In this document: in pieces, positions 12,690 to 27,744 of the stretch
Layout of the letters: the number at the start of each line of letters is the position of its first letter
Numbering within the stretch: the stretch's first letter is position 1
DNA from: Nageia nagi
Lineage: Eukaryota > Plantae > Pinophyta
Length of the DNA stretch: 64,000 nucleotides
Reading direction: 5' to 3'
NCBI GenBank assembly: GCA_050084985.1
Contig: JBITNC010000002.1
Span: 34,472,001-34,536,000 of the forward strand
Notes under the pieces: generated by a model
What the model saw: the letters and a program-made list of their open reading frames with translations, nothing else
What the model was told of the DNA's origin: nothing
The model's database searches: none
Program-made: the position numbers and the translations under genes

Positions 12690-14490
12690 TGAAAATTTTC
12701 ATAAATACAAAGGAAATTGAGCGATAATTAGTGATAATTCCAAACTTGAAGTGCATGGAATTGGTAATGTTACCATAAGTGGAAAACTAATGGAGAATAT
12801 CCTTTTTATGCCTAATATAAGGATAAATCTCATCTAAGCATTTCAAATTACAAAAGACAAATTTTCCATAGAATTCAAAGCATCTTCATGAACCAAAAAG
12901 AATAGTATTTTTGCCTTAATCTCAGGTTCAGTAAAGAATAATTTGTATGTAAGTAAATCATGTTCCTTCCAAAGTTTGTTTACCTTGAATGTTTATTCTA
13001 ATTATAATTTATGGCATCAAAGGTTACAACACATAAACTACAAAAATATTCAAATTATGAAAAATAAAAACCTTCTTGAAGTTTTGCTTGATATCTCATT
13101 GAGTATAGGCTTTTTTATAAATTGCATCTTGTGAAAAAAGAGTAGGCAAAAGATATAAAGGATAAAGGAAAAAAATTGAAAAGGATAAAAGAAAAGGATT
13201 GAAAAGGATAAAGCCACAAGGGAAATATATATTCTTCACTTGATTCATTCTAACTTGATGGGCCCTTTCCAAGTCAAGTCTCTTTACAGATGCATCCTAT
13301 GTTGTAACTTTCATTGGTTTATTAGGATGAGCTTAGCTTATATTCTTAAGCATAATTCTAATTACTTTAACGTATTCAAGGAATTCAAAGCTTTTGTTAA
13401 ATAAGAAATATGTTAGAATGTCAAAATAATAAGTCAAAAAAATGCATCTTTGTTATCTATGATAGTCAACATAGAGGTTGTAAGCCTTATTCTCCTTCTT
13501 CAAGAACATGATAAGGTTATTGAAAACCTTAATACTTCCAAACCAAGTGACAGTTTAAATGAAGCTTGTTCAAAAGGCCTAAGTGGTTGGATCGAACCAC
13601 TAATAGATATCCAATGAAGCAAAATTCAAAAAATCAAAAGGTAACAAGAAGCATGATAGCTAACATGACTCTTCTTACAAAAATTAAGAATCATGGTGAA
13701 TCTCAAACCTTTAAGGAATCTTCTCAATACTCTTGTTGAAAAGAAGAAATAGAGGTTGAAATGGATATTTTTCTAAAAAATGGAACTTAGGATCTAGTTC
13801 CTTAGCTAATTAATTAGAATGTTATTAGAAATAAATGGATTTTTAAGATTATATACAATTCAAGTAAACAAACTGATAAGTACAAAACAAGGTTAGCCAC
13901 TAAAGGTTTTATGAAAAAAATATAGTATTAACTATGAGGAATTAGTTTCTTTAATTGTGAAAATTACTTAAATAAGGCTTCTCTTTACCTTATCAGTAGC
14001 TCAAGGATGGAGTACTTTCCAAAATGATGTAAAAAATACTTTCCTTAATAGAAATTTGAATGTTAAACTCTATGCAAGCCAATCTAAAGGGTTTATAATA
14101 CCAAAAAATGAGTCCCATGTGTGCAAGTCAAATAAAATTTTATATGGACTAAAGCAAGTTTCTAGAGTCTAATATGAGAAGATTTTAGAATACTTTGAAT
14201 CTCTTGACCCATCAAAGTGCTTCTCATATTCAAATCTCTATTTGCTTAACGAAGACAAAAACTTAGTCTTATTCTTCTTTATGTTGATGATCTTTTACAT
14301 AAATATACTTAAGTCATAAAATGAAATTATTGATCTTGGTATCTTGTATTACTACTTTGAACTAAAAGTATATTTGAATAAGTATTGAACTTGTCTTAAT
14401 CAATTCAAATATATCTCAAATATTCTAAAATGTTTAAAATGGAAGAAAGTAAACCTTTTTCCATCCATGTTCTCCTAGAATCAACTTAGA
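12690..14490 (+). mobile_element. Degenerate Ty1/copia pol fragment, same family as 240-2600
   Basis: Motifs MENILFMPNIRINL, LWHQRLQHINY (ORF 12943-13134), LIHSNLMGPFQVKSL (~13240), KKCIFV, YKTRL, LYGLKQ (~14140) and LYVDDL (~14278). DNA similarity to the first element is visible by eye. Confidence 0.88.
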
Positions 14491-15462
14491 GGTCAATTCA
14501 ATTTCTAAATATTCAGCTCATCATGCTCTATATGTAAAACAAAATGAAGAAAAAAGACTTCTCAACACATTTTAAACTATATCATACCATTGAACTTTTA
14601 TCTTAATTTGAACATGTGTATCTTATTTTTAAATTGGTAACATCAACAAAAATAAAATAAAAAAAGTAATTTAAAAAATGTATATAAAAATCAAATTTAA
14701 AGTTTAAAAATGTATAATATTTCTTATATATCAACATTTACATGGATGGTTACTCCAAATGTCTTAAAAAAAATATCATAAACAACTTCCTAATACCCAA
14801 AATAGATTCTTAAGCTTCATTTATGTGGAGTATTGATAATTTAAATTTAATATTAATAGATGAAAATAATCAATGAAACTGTAAAAAAATACATATAATA
14901 ATGAGATACATTATAAACTATATTTAGAAATAATAGTAAATTTCTATTATTATAAATCTTATTATTGCAAAGGATAAAAAATTAAAGAATTAATCATATA
15001 GATAAAAATAATAATAATAATTTAAACTAAATTTTAAAGAAAAATATCGCAAAGAATCAATTAAATGACAACTCAAAAGAAAAATATCACAAAGAATCAA
15101 TTAAATGACAACTCAAACAATCCAACTGATTTTGTTACATTATATTATATATCATATGCAAAATTTAATTTTCTAATACATCAATACTTATAAGTAACCA
15201 CTTTGAATAGATGTAGAATAGTCTACAATACAGCACAAGTAGTTATAAATCTTTACCTATTTTATATTTTGTTATTTATATGGCATTTTCATAATTTGAT
15301 CAAATACAATATCAACCTATAATTCTTAAAATATTTATAAATAGTTATTGCCAAATTAAGCAACACCTGTTGGCGAGTTAATCAATATATAACATCTCTG
15401 GAACAGTTAAAGATTCACTCCTACGGCACAGGGCATAATGGTCAAGCAGACAATGCAAACAC

Positions 15463-15892
15463 TCAATTCCGTTTTGGTTGAGGGGTATTTGCAAACTGCC
15501 ATGTCCTTTGGTGAAGATATTCAACATACCTCAAACCTGCAATCTCATGTTCTGGAACAGCTGAAGAGACCCCATTCAGTTCTTGCTGTGATAATTTTAT
15601 TTCTAAAGATGCAGTATTTACATCAAAATGGTTTACGTTGGTTGTTCCTGCAGCAAAAGTAGTATACAATTGATTTAATAAAAATCATTATAGACACATT
15701 TTAATTCCATGGTAAAATGCGCTATTTGGTATTGTTACCTGGAATGGGGGCAACATCATTGCCTTGGTGAAGCACCCATGCAAAAGCAAGTTGTGCAGGT
15801 CTGCAACCATGTTTCTTAGCAAGTATAGAAACTCGTTCATATACTACTTTATTCTTCTCCAAATTCTCTCCTTCAAATCATGGCTGTCGGAC
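15463..15892 (-). pseudogene. Aldo-keto reductase (AKR13 / auxin-induced PCNT115-like) last two exons, with a premature stop
   Basis: Exon 15892-15739 reads [56 protein letters not shown] intron spans 15738-15648. Exon 15647-15463 reads GTTNVNHFDVNTASLEIKLSQQEL...ANTPQPKRN*. The QLA.AW and PIPGTT motifs are typical of plant AKR13. TGA at 15880-15878 replaces the R of the conserved PRF. Upstream exons were not found in the window. Confidence 0.85.
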
Positions 15893-18474
15893 CTAACCAA
15901 ATACAATGGTGAAACAGAATAAATACACAAAAATGGAAATTTCACACAATCTTATAAACATTCTCAGCTACTGCTGAAGAATTACATTTGCCATTAAAAC
16001 AATTTTGTAGCCTTCTTTGAGTGATCTCCCTGACAATTATGACTCTCACCACAGTTCCCTGCTATGGTAAAAAACTATTGGAACTCATTGCAAAAAGGTA
16101 ACTGCAGAGTAATCAAACTCTATTGGTAATTTTGGGGTCCATATTGTTGATAAATACTGACTTGATTTTACACTTCTAATTAAAACGTCTTTAGAATAAC
16201 AATGCCTTTCATGAAGCCTGAAAACATCCTTCCTTGTAGTCCTGGCTAAATTACGTGTACTAGTTATTGGAAATTTGGAACAGAGCAGTCCCGTGCCTTG
16301 GATTATAAATATTGTTTAGTGTTTAGTAATTCTGCCACCAGCAAATACGTTAGAGCTCTCAAATTATGACCAAGTTGAATAAGTTCACACGTATTGTAAC
16401 TCTGGTGCAAATGCAAGACAAGTTGCTAATAGATGCACACCTTTAATGTGAATGAAATGAGGATTCTCATAGTGGAATATTTTGAAGATATATAAACGAA
16501 ACCAATTCCCTGATATTTATCACTGATATCTTAACTGTTAGTTGGGTTTGCAGAAATCATAATTAGCATATTAAGCTTGATATTCTATATTTTATGTAAC
16601 ATTTGAATTAGACCTTTAGTTAGATTCTGTAAGTCAAAAAGAATTTCACATATTCACCACGTGATGAATTTTGTGTTTTTAGCGTGCTTTCACTAATCAA
16701 AAACCTATAATACCACATGATTAAATACACTTAATAAAAAACAACTAATGTCACAATGATCATTGGAGACGTTAAAAAAGCAAAGGAAGTACTGGTTTAA
16801 GACATATAAAGAGAATGGGCCTCACACCCACATGTTAGATGAAAAAACACAATACAGGCAAAATTGACCAAAAGGGTTCCAAATTAACGATGCTTAGATA
16901 AGAACCTTTGATGAGATCACCAAACAAGAATGGGGCCATACAACAATTCAATCTAGATGGAACTCTACATACACAATTAAAAAAATTCTTCACAATTTAA
17001 GAATATCACTCATGGGTGGACATTGGTATCCTATATATTGAACTCGAGAAGAGTGAAAACCAATAAACAACCAAGACCTAGTTGTCAAGGAATTTACAAT
17101 TGATTATTACATAATGGAATACTTGAGGTTCAAAATAATACAAGATGGTGCTCAACAAGTACTCTACCACTCAATACCAATAAATGGTGTTTCGCAGATT
17201 GACACAGAAATTAAGTAAAGAAATAAGGGTGCTCAGCGACCCTGTGCCAACCGACTCTTGAAAAGAGCTTTCAATCCAAAACGAATCTAGGCAGGTATGA
17301 CCTCCTAAAGAGATTCCTAAGACATAGTGTGGTCAAACACATGAGAAAACCAAAAACAAACAAGCAAGGTGGTGCATGCCAAGTATCAAGGCAATCAATG
17401 TTTCAGATGATACTAAAAAATTATAAAAAAAAAATATTCTTACCCACCATAGAGGTGCACATATGTGCTTACATAAATAATACAAAACCAAATAAGTTGT
17501 CTCAAAAGGAGTGATCACATGACCTTTAGATACTGCATTTAATAAAGCTAAAATACACAATAAAGGAAACTACAAGATCCTAACTCCACTCAAAAACAAT
17601 ACACTAATTTGCATGAAACAAGGAGTCCACCAGACAAATTTATACAAAAGAAACTAAATTCTTGTAAATCCCTTCTACAAAATCATCCAAGATTCCAAAC
17701 AAACAAACACAGAGAATAGCAGAATCCTTTTTAAATGAAAAGCAGCACAACTATCTTTGCATTGTTGCATTCCTAGATTAATTGTACTACAGGGTGGTAG
17801 TTCGGGCTTTGGTCCAAGATAGTCGATTTCAATAAGAAAGTCAAATCATGTTCTTTGATTCTTGATAATTCTGGTACTCTTGTTAACCTAATCAGTAGAA
17901 ACTCCCAGTAGTTAGAAACTTATATGCTTAACATAATATAGATGCTTGACAAAGTGGTACCTGAATGTCCCACAGCTAATTCAATCACCATTTAGAGCTA
18001 AAAGAAATTATTAATATAGAAATGCTTTTGTTGCCAAAATTTTGACCTTACGTTTCTTGCACAAACAAGTTCAAAAAGTGAATAGCCTCAAACCCAAAAA
18101 TACCAAACACCAATTTCCAAGGTGAAGTTGGCTTTAAATCAAAATATATGCAAAAAAATCCCTAATTTTTTTGTGAGCATTTAGAGAACGTAAATGCATC
18201 CAAAACATTCACCCATTTGTAGCTTATAGAGCAATTTTATTAGAAACCTTTAAATTGCAATATCTTGGTCAAATAAAGCTCCAACAAACGGAATTTGAAC
18301 CACATTGTGTCCATAACAAACCCCATGTTCGCTCCATAAAGATTTGGGAATGGCAAAGATGCTGAAGGGTATTGTTCCAAGATCCTTGAAAGTCATACAA
18401 ACCCCTTATTCAAGGGCGGAGAGGCAAAAGTCAAATTGAGTCTCTATTCAGCTAAACGATGGATAATTGTAATA

Positions 18475-21400
18475 GCACTAATACCATGTAGGAAGTTAAC
18501 ATACATTTCCTGAAAGATTATGATAGTTTGCAATATCGGGAAACAATAAAGAACACTGTACAGAGGGAAAATATAGTTAGCTATAAGCCAATATCAAACA
18601 CTGACCACAAGCAAAACTTTTGGGAGTTAATGAGGTTATCTTAGAATCAAGAATCAACCATCTAATATAGTAAGAAAACATAACTGGCCATGCCAAGCCT
18701 ATTTGAAATTAAAGTTGTTCGAAAAACATATCTTCTATAGCAACTGTAACAAGCAATTTACTGCAACTCACCAAAAGTAGATCATAGCCAAACACAACCT
18801 GTATTAATTTACTTTGTAGCCAAATTATTCTTTTAATTGTTTTATCTAGTGTTCAGGTTGCAATCTATTTTAAAGTAACGGTGTATTAAACTACCTGCAA
18901 ACCTTAATAATTTATTAATATTATTACCATTAGTAATAATACTAATGTATTATTCTAGTCTAGATACCTAAGTATCTAATATATAATGTATTATTCTAAC
19001 ATTCCCTCCCCATAATACATTAGGTTCTCAAAGAACAACAAAGGAAGCACTGGAAGTATTTAAACTTTCCATAATCAAGTGACTTTATGAAAATATTTGC
19101 AATTTGTTCTTTTGTGGAAATATAGCAAAGTTGAATTTTGTGTAATAAAACATGGTTCAAATAAAGTGCACTCATATCTCAATGTGTTTGGTATGCTCAT
19201 GACAAATAGGATTACAAACCAATTTCAGTACACTCTGATTGTTGTAATGCAAAATGGTGGGATGATTCTATGATATTTCAATATCTGATAAAATGTGACG
19301 GAACTATATTGCATCACAAACAACATCTACAGTAGCACGGTATTCCAACTCTATGGTAGATTTAGATGTGATACTCCATTTTTTGCTACCCCAAGAAATC
19401 GGTCTGAATCTAAGGAAGAACACATATATTATCATTGATCTCTTATCAATCAAGGATCCTTCTTAATCTGTATCCATGTATCCAATCAAGAACTTATCAT
19501 TCTTCTTATACTCCAGGCCATAACTATTAGAACCATAGATGTATCTCAACACATGTTTGTTCATTGTCCAATGTGCTTTCATAGGTTCATGTATAAACCT
19601 AGAAAGATAGCTAACAACATAAAAAATATCTAACTTGGGTATATAACAAGTAAATTAATCCTCCAATCAACTAACGATAAAGAGTTGCATTTACCAGTGG
19701 AGAACTATCTTACTCTAACAGATGTAAACTCGATTCAATAGGCATGGACATAGGTTGGCAATCTATCATTTTGAGGTTCTCCAACAAACTCTTGGTATAC
19801 TTCATCTTTGAAACAAATATTCGATCCTACATCTACTAGACCTATAATCCAAGGCAATAATCAAGTAAACCAAGATAATTCATGTCGAATGAATTTTTAG
19901 GTCATCCTTACAAGATATGATCAACTCCTCAATACTATCCATGATGACTAAATCATCAACATACACTACAACTATGGCTATCTGCCCCCATGTTGTCGAA
20001 GGTAGAGATTATGACAATAAAGGCTTCTAAAAAAGTCATGTTGTAGGAGGTGTTCATAAATATTGATGTACAAGGCTCTTAGATCTTATTTCAGACTATA
20101 TATACTTTATTAATCTACACACATTTCCCTATCTTGAATCAATAACAAATCCTTTAGGTTGTTACATGTAGACTTCCTCCTCTAAGTCTTTATTAAAGAA
20201 GGCACTCTTCACATCCATTTGATGTACTTTCAAACCAAACTATGCAGCCATTGCAAAAGCAATTTTGATGATCTTTATCTTGGCTATGGGAGCAAATGTC
20301 TCCTCATAGTCTATACCTTCCTCTTGGGCATATCCTTTGGCAACTAGTCGAGCCTTGTGCTTATCAAGTGTTCCATCAGCTTTGTACTTTATTTTGAACA
20401 TCCATTCATATCTTATAGCCTTCTTACCAAGTGGAAGATCTATCAGCTTCTACATGCCATTCTTCATCAAAGCATCATATTCATCATCCATGGTGGATTT
20501 CCAATGTGGTGGCTCAAGGGCTTCATGAACTATTTTAAGTTCAAGAGTATTCACTATTGTGCTCATCAATGCCAAATTCATTTCCTTACAAGCCATGTTG
20601 TGTGTTCTTTAACAAGTCATGTTGTGTCTCCTTGATCTAGATGTGGAAGTGTTAGGTAGGGCACTTTATGTGAATCCTAAAATGTCTTTTTGTGCTATTT
20701 CAATTATTTGGAGTCATCAGGTGGAAAGCTCACAATTAAAACTACTTTTCCATTATCCTCATCATCAAAAGTGATTATGGGAGCATTATCAGGATTATGT
20801 GGTGTTGTATGTGGACTAGTTGGAGGATCACCAATCTCATTAAAGATAACATCTCTACTTATATAAATCTTTCAAGTAGTAGGATCCATGAATCTATAGC
20901 CTTTAGTCAAGAAGAATGAACCTCATAGACTTTTCATCCAATTTGTTTCCTGCTCTTTGAGAATGTGCATGTAGGCAATGCAACCAAATACTCAAAGATG
21001 AAAGATAGATGGTTTAACTCATGTCCATGCTTCTCAAGAGTCATCCCCTCAAGAGCTTTACAAGGTGCTCTATTCGATAAATATACTACAATTTTTTGAT
21101 GTTCTATTTTTAATATTATTTCTTTTATTGAGATTTAAGCTCGCCATAGGTCCTTGATTGTTGATTTGTCTCTTGGATTGGATAGAGCATCTCTTGCCAA
21201 ATGTTTTGATAGGTTATACGACATGATTTCATCAAGAAACTAGTGAGATATTGTATTTTGAAGTTTGCCTGCTAGACCAAACTTCTATAGTCGTGCACAT
21301 GGGAATTTACTATTTTCTCCCATTTAATGGGATTGCTCTATGTTACATCCCTCTCCATATAATTGATTGTATCTAAGAGTGAGCTATGTAATTAGGAATA

Positions 21401-22361
21401 AAAAGTACCTTTTTTTTAGTTAGGAATGCTTTTTAGCATTATATATGATTGTGGTGACTACGAGAAGTGATTATGTGGATCTCAAGGTCAATCTATGCTC
21501 CTATGGATGAGGTGCCTAACCAAGCATGATTCCTAGGTGAGAGCTAGATCTAGGATGATGTTCTATAAAGGGGGAGCACATCATTGTAAAAGGATATTCA
21601 GCTTATTCATTTATCTTATACTCTTCTTCTTCAAAGCATGGCATTGAGCCATCTCGTAGGCCTCTTGTTGGACAACAACCTAGCAAGGGAAGGATTTAGT
21701 GGGATGCAAACCTCACTAGATCTTGGCTAAGGGAAAAAAACCCTTAATCCATCTAGTTCTTCATTTTAGATTTGGGGGTTAAAGGCCCTAACAATGTGAC
21801 ATCAGCTTTCCAGTTGCAATTTTATTGTGTTGTGGCCTAAATCTAGTGCTTTGAGCCAAACATCAGCCCTATTGAGCCATATTTTCCTTGTAATTGCTCC
21901 ATCATTAATATAATTTGAGAATTTGGCACTTGATCTTATATTTTTCTTATGCATTGAGGTATTTTTGGAATTGTTTCATTATTTCTTGCTCATTTCCTAA
22001 TTCATTGAATAATTGGCTAATAATTTGGAATAAGGAAAATTTGGGAACATTACAAATTCATATTGCTTCAACCCAAAATTCTCTATTTAATATTTTAGTA
22101 TACTTCTCACAATTTCCACTGTGGTCAGCTATTACTAAATTCCATTTTATTTAAAAAATGCAAAAAAAACTCATTTGAGATGTATTCTCCCCCTTGATCT
22201 GAGCAAAGAACATGGATATAACAATTCATGGTATTCTCCACACTAGCTTTGAACTCCTTGAAATACAAAAAGGTTTCTTCATTTGTCTTTAATAAATACA
22301 CCCACATCTTTTTAAAGTAGTCATCAACAAACAACAAGAAGTGAAAGATTGTAGTGTTCAT
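18475..22361 (-). mobile_element. Degenerate Ty1/copia (same family as 7620-9439): integrase, RT, RNase H, PPT, LTR (19001-18487) and PBS (18486-18475), interrupted by unrelated DNA at ~21100-22120
   Basis: Integrase ORF 22125-22361 reads FVDDYFKKMWVYLLK...SDQGGEY. The minus strand shows [21 protein letters not shown] (~20350-20290), MDVKSAFFN, YVDDL (~19965) and RNase H (TKHIE, IFHKS). PPT GGGGAGGGAA precedes TGTTAGAA at 19001. CA-TGGTATTAGTGC lies at 18488-18475. Confidence 0.9.
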
Positions 22362-25195
22362 TGGTTTGAATTTTCAACCTTGTGATGTCATGTTGGTGAC
22401 TTGGCGAGTTTTGAATCTAATCTAATATAATCTCCCCCAACAACCATCAACCTCTAACTGGCATCCAATCTCCTACAATACTTATCTTATAGTTGAGCAT
22501 TTAATGCTCTTAGTATAATCTTATTATGATCAAATCTTCTTCTTAATATTTTTAATTCGATCTTCTTGTGATCAAATTCTTTTCTATTGTAAAGGATGGG
22601 AATCCATAAATATTTTTTTATCTTATTATGCATGCACCATACCTATTTCTGATCTTACCTTCAGTTATAGAAGGATGTTATCCCTCATTTCATTGTATTT
22701 TAGCTTATCTTAGCTTAAAAGAGTGCTAATTAGATAAGTTTGTATTCATTTTACTCAACAAATAGCAAGAGAAAACACTTTGCAACTTTTCCTTGCATTT
22801 TTGTGTTTGAGTTTCTCATCTTCTGGGTGTGTAGTGAATATAAATCACTCTTATAGTGTTATACACTAGATTTGGAGCTAAACCAAGGTGATATTCACCA
22901 TTGTTGTGGTATTTTATCCTAGTGGTTATTCATTTGTTTTTCACTTCATGCACTAGATTTGGAGATAATTGTTGTTGTATCAAACTATCTTATTTTAGAC
23001 CAATTTGCTTTTAGGTGATATAAATTTTCTTCTAGTTCTCCTTATTAGGTAATTTTTTTTGTGTTTGATATTACTTTTAGATAAATTTCTAACCATGTAT
23101 CATTTATCATACTTCATATGGAAATCGCCACCTTCATCAATGATTTCTAGTAGGGCATTTACCTGATCTTTCTTAGTAGTAGTCCTTGAATACATTCACT
23201 TTCACCTAAGATTCATCACATTTATCTTACTCCATGATTTGTGGGTATTTCATTTCTGTAAACTATATTTCTTTCCCTTCCCAAACATGTATAACATGAC
23301 ACCCTTTTAATACAAGTTTCCATTTTTCCAACCAATTCCTTTGGCACTATCAATCCAATCTTGTTATAGCAACCCAATGAGTACCTTGTGTGTCATCAAA
23401 AAATGCTAGATATTGACAATTCCTTCTGATTTTATTCTTTAATCATTAGAAATTATACTTTAATACCTTTCCAATGGTATATAACATGACATACTTTATC
23501 ATTAGTTATCATTAGCGAAATCCCCACTCTTTAACACCTAGTTTTGAAATAGTAGCTGGAAAACATTATTTTTAAACTATATATTATGAAATATCTTATG
23601 AATTGTAATGCTTTGAAATTTCACGTCTTAAATATTATTTTTGGATGTATTTATTTCAACATATCAATTATAAAATTAATATATTTTAAAAAATATCATT
23701 TTCTAAATTATTATTTGATCAAATTTTGAAGTATCTGCTAATTCATTTCACAATTATCGAATTTTATCTATGTTTCATGTTTTATCATTACTATGGGGGG
23801 TGCCTTATCACTATCAAGAATTATCATTTCCCTCATCATCATCTAAGGTAGGCAACCAAGCTCTCTCAATTATTTTTGTTTCGCAAGTTTTAAATGTTTT
23901 TCTTTGAGCTCCATCTTTCACCACAAGCTTTCGCAAGCAACCCATAACAAAAAAGGAAATCAATCCAATTCATTTGGCTCTGAAAGAACATGTTCATCCA
24001 AGCTCTCACTTGTCCTTTTCAACCTTTGGGGCAAGAATAGGTCTCCAACCATATCACAGCAGACTTGACCATTATGTATTTTACAAAAGTTTATTCTCTT
24101 TTGCATAACAATTTCTTATCAAATCGTGGCAAGGATAATTGCACAAGGCTTCATTAGGCTCTACATCTTTTATATTTTGGGTATGTGATCTTGATTTTTC
24201 TCCTTCAACCACATCCCTAAAAGGGGCAAACTATATATGCTTAAATTTGCATTTTAACTGTTTAAAATGATTTTATTTTAGTGATTCTCTATATTTATGC
24301 AAAACATCAATTTGGACCCACTTTAGAAAAATTAAGGTTAAGTGGATTTTTCTAAATTCACAATATATTTTATGCATAGTGTTTTAAGTGGATTCACCTT
24401 GGTGAAATAAAAATCTAATTTGTGAATCCTTTATAAAACACTCCCAAGTGCTTATTTTAAATATCATGCAAGTTTAAGAATAATCATTATCCAATATCAT
24501 CAAGAAATAGAAAGCAAATGTACAATATCTTCTTCTATCATCATAATTGAATCGTAGAAACATCTAACAAATTGAAAGACTTCTCTTGAATAAGTGTGAG
24601 TTGAAATGGAAATTCAGGTCATAATGCCCAACATTTTGGCATCCAAGCCCAAAAAAGCCCAACACTCTAACATTGCAGGCCCAAACTCAAATGCTTTGGT
24701 CTTCATTCTTGCCAACTCCCACAATTGAAACAATTTGGTTAAGAAAAATCATCATCTTGGAATTACCTTCAAGATCATCATCTCAAAATTTATCTAAATT
24801 TTTCATTTGGCTACAACTCATATTCACCTTCCAAGATCATGAGTTATCTATTACGAAGCTTTCAATCCTCAACCTTCCACATAAGTTTTTTTTGTAACTA
24901 CTCTTGTAAATTTGCATAATCTTTATTGTGAGATCTTATATTGCATATTGCTATTAATCTATGTTCATTTTGGAGACAAATAAATGTGCATGTTTTGATA
25001 CATCATTCATTAGTTTTGCATCTATAGGTAGACATCTTATCTTTTCATGATACTGATAGTTATACATAGTACAAAAATACTTGTTCTTTCAAAATATAAA
25101 TCATCGATATAGGAAAGAAAAATGGGATTAGATTTGGCTTTTTTGCATCATGGTTTTAGCAAACAGCAAGGCAAATTTACACAAAGGGCCCTATG

Positions 25196-25197
<2 letters not shown>

Positions 25198-25281
<84 letters not shown>
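25198..25281. repeat. (TA)n microsatellite, about 40 units
   Basis: Directly visible run with one interruption. Confidence 0.97.
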
Positions 25282-25282
<1 letters not shown>

Positions 25283-25308
25283 CTTTCAAATAAACTATCT
25301 TTGTACAT

Positions 25309-26550
25309 GTAGTTAAATGTTGAATATTTTCTATATTAATTAATTACTTTTATTTTAAAATGAAGCAAATTTTTGCATATAAATGTCCTAAGCCCCTCTT
25401 ATTATTTAAGAAAAACTTAGAACTCTTTAGAATATACTAATTACAGTAGTAATGTTTTATGGTTAAATATCTTTTAAAGTTATAATTATAAATGGTGTAG
25501 GCTATCAAGCCTCCAGAATCCCCTTATACTCTAATACATTATCCCACTGCTATGCATGCATGACCCGATGAGCCATGCCATCAAGTTATATGAACTTCGA
25601 TTATCCCTCACTCCATGCATTTCATATAACCTTGTATATGCATAGGTCACTAGCTCATGCCTATCATGGCATGACATTGCCCCCATGCCCATGTAAAATT
25701 AATCAAACATAGTATAATAGGTACTTTTATAATGTTCGAATAACCCTTAGAATATACGAATGCCATAGATCTCATTGAATTTACAATGTTCGATTAACCT
25801 ACATCTCAACTATATTCGATTAGTCAAATTCTTAACATCATTTGATTAATCAAGATCTAATCAATGTATCAATAAACTCAAGATATAGATGATGTGCAAT
25901 AGTGACATATGGGCTAAGCATCGTACAATTAACCCAAATATCGATGATGTTCAATTAATCCAATGAACAATTACATTCTCTTAACTTCTATTTTCACGAG
26001 TTTGCCACCTTGAATGCAATTTGAATATCTATCTTGCATATAAAGGATTTCATTAATGGCCTAGGCTAATTGAACTATATTTATAGGTTTATACATTGGT
26101 CTATTAACCCATATGTTATATCACCTTACCTCCATTTTGAATATTGCCAACCATCGTACATGCATCCATTAATACGATTGTTAATCGAACATTGTAAATT
26201 CAATGAGCTCTAGGTTAATCAAACTTTATTTAGCCCAATAGATGAAGTTTGATTAACCCCCTTTAAATATATGAAAATATGGTCATTCTCTTTCACATTG
26301 TTGTTTGTATGTTGGGATGTTGATGTTGAAAGGATCTCTCAAACTTCATTTTGCAATCCATAAGTATCTACATGTCCTTAGGTTTTTTGTGTATGGGTTT
26401 TTATTTATTCTTCAACTTGCACTCCATGAAAGTTTGCATGCATATTGCAGTTTTTAAAAAAATACCCATGTATTCTCTATGCTTCTAAATTTTTCCATAA
26501 CCCATGATAATTGCATTCCATGAGATTGCATTTTAATGAGGCATTTTATC
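25309..26550 (+). repeat. Segmental duplication block A (paralogue at 62692-64000)
   Basis: Collinear from GTAGTTAAATGTTGAATATTTTC to GAGGCATTTTATCAA, roughly 90% identical by eye with a few indels. Confidence 0.95.
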
Positions 26551-27744
26551 AAAAAAATTGATATGCCCTTTCAATGTATCCATTTTGTGCATATTATATG
26601 ATCATTGTAGTCTATGAAACTATTTTTGCATCATGCATTTCAAACCTTCATGCTCTAATTCTCTCTTGATGGTTAATTTTAAAACCCTCTAGCTTGAATT
26701 CCTTCTCTCAATGATAATGGTTAGTTTTAAAACAATAAGTAATTGTCCACAAGTTTACTAAACTTCTCCTTGATGCTTGGTTGTAAAATCCTCTTACTCA
26801 ATCCATTAGTAATGTATGTATAATTATTCATATCAAGAATAATGAGATAAGAATCATTCATGCTATTAAATTATTTGTGAAACTTATGTGTTCTAAATTT
26901 TTTTCATACATGTTTATCAAGGTTGCTACCACAATTGCGTATGAAAGAAATTAGCATCGAATTAATGGTTTTTGCAATCTAACAACAGATTGGGATAAAT
27001 TCCTAGAGAGATTATGCTACAATTTTGCAACACAACCATCATTTCGTGGTATTCAAAGACTTTTCCAAAATAAATAATTTACTAGAAAAAACTTCATTCC
27101 ATTTACACAATAAATATCCTTTAATCAATAAATAGTAATTATTGCATGAACATTGTAAATCTTTTTAAATGCTTAAAATAGTTTGCATCTCTGACAATAA
27201 TTTATTGTGTAATAATTTTAGAAAGAATCTTTATATTAGAGTGAAAATTAGTGCATCTACTAACAAAGGTATCAAATCGAGGCTGTGAACCTTATTTGAA
27301 GAAATGTAAGGATCATTACATGTCTTCGAATAAATATGAGACTTTATAGTCAGACTAAAAAAGATATCAAAAAGTTAAAATTTTTGGAGGAAATAAAAAT
27401 TACATGTATGCTCCCTCTAGACCAAAGCCTCATAGTATCGATCTAATCGCCTTTTAGTAACATGTATACAATTGATGAAAACCTAGTGGGTGTATTTTTC
27501 ATATTCAAATTATTTGATACTTACATAGATTTGTGATAAATAAGTATATTGTGAAAAGATTTGGGTCCAATGGAGTAAAATTGAGATAAAAAAAAAAAAT
27601 CTTAATGAATTGGGATATAACCTTATGAAAATCTTTGATACATTTCATTTATGTAACACTTTTGAAGTTATTAGAAGAATTATAGTGTTTGTATATCCTA
27701 TACTCAAATTATCCAAATATAAAAATTAATAGGCAAAATAAATG

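Noticed and set aside
16770-17800. Possible LINE 3' region or missing AKR exons
   Set aside because: The strand bias is suggestive, but I could not read any convincing protein motif.
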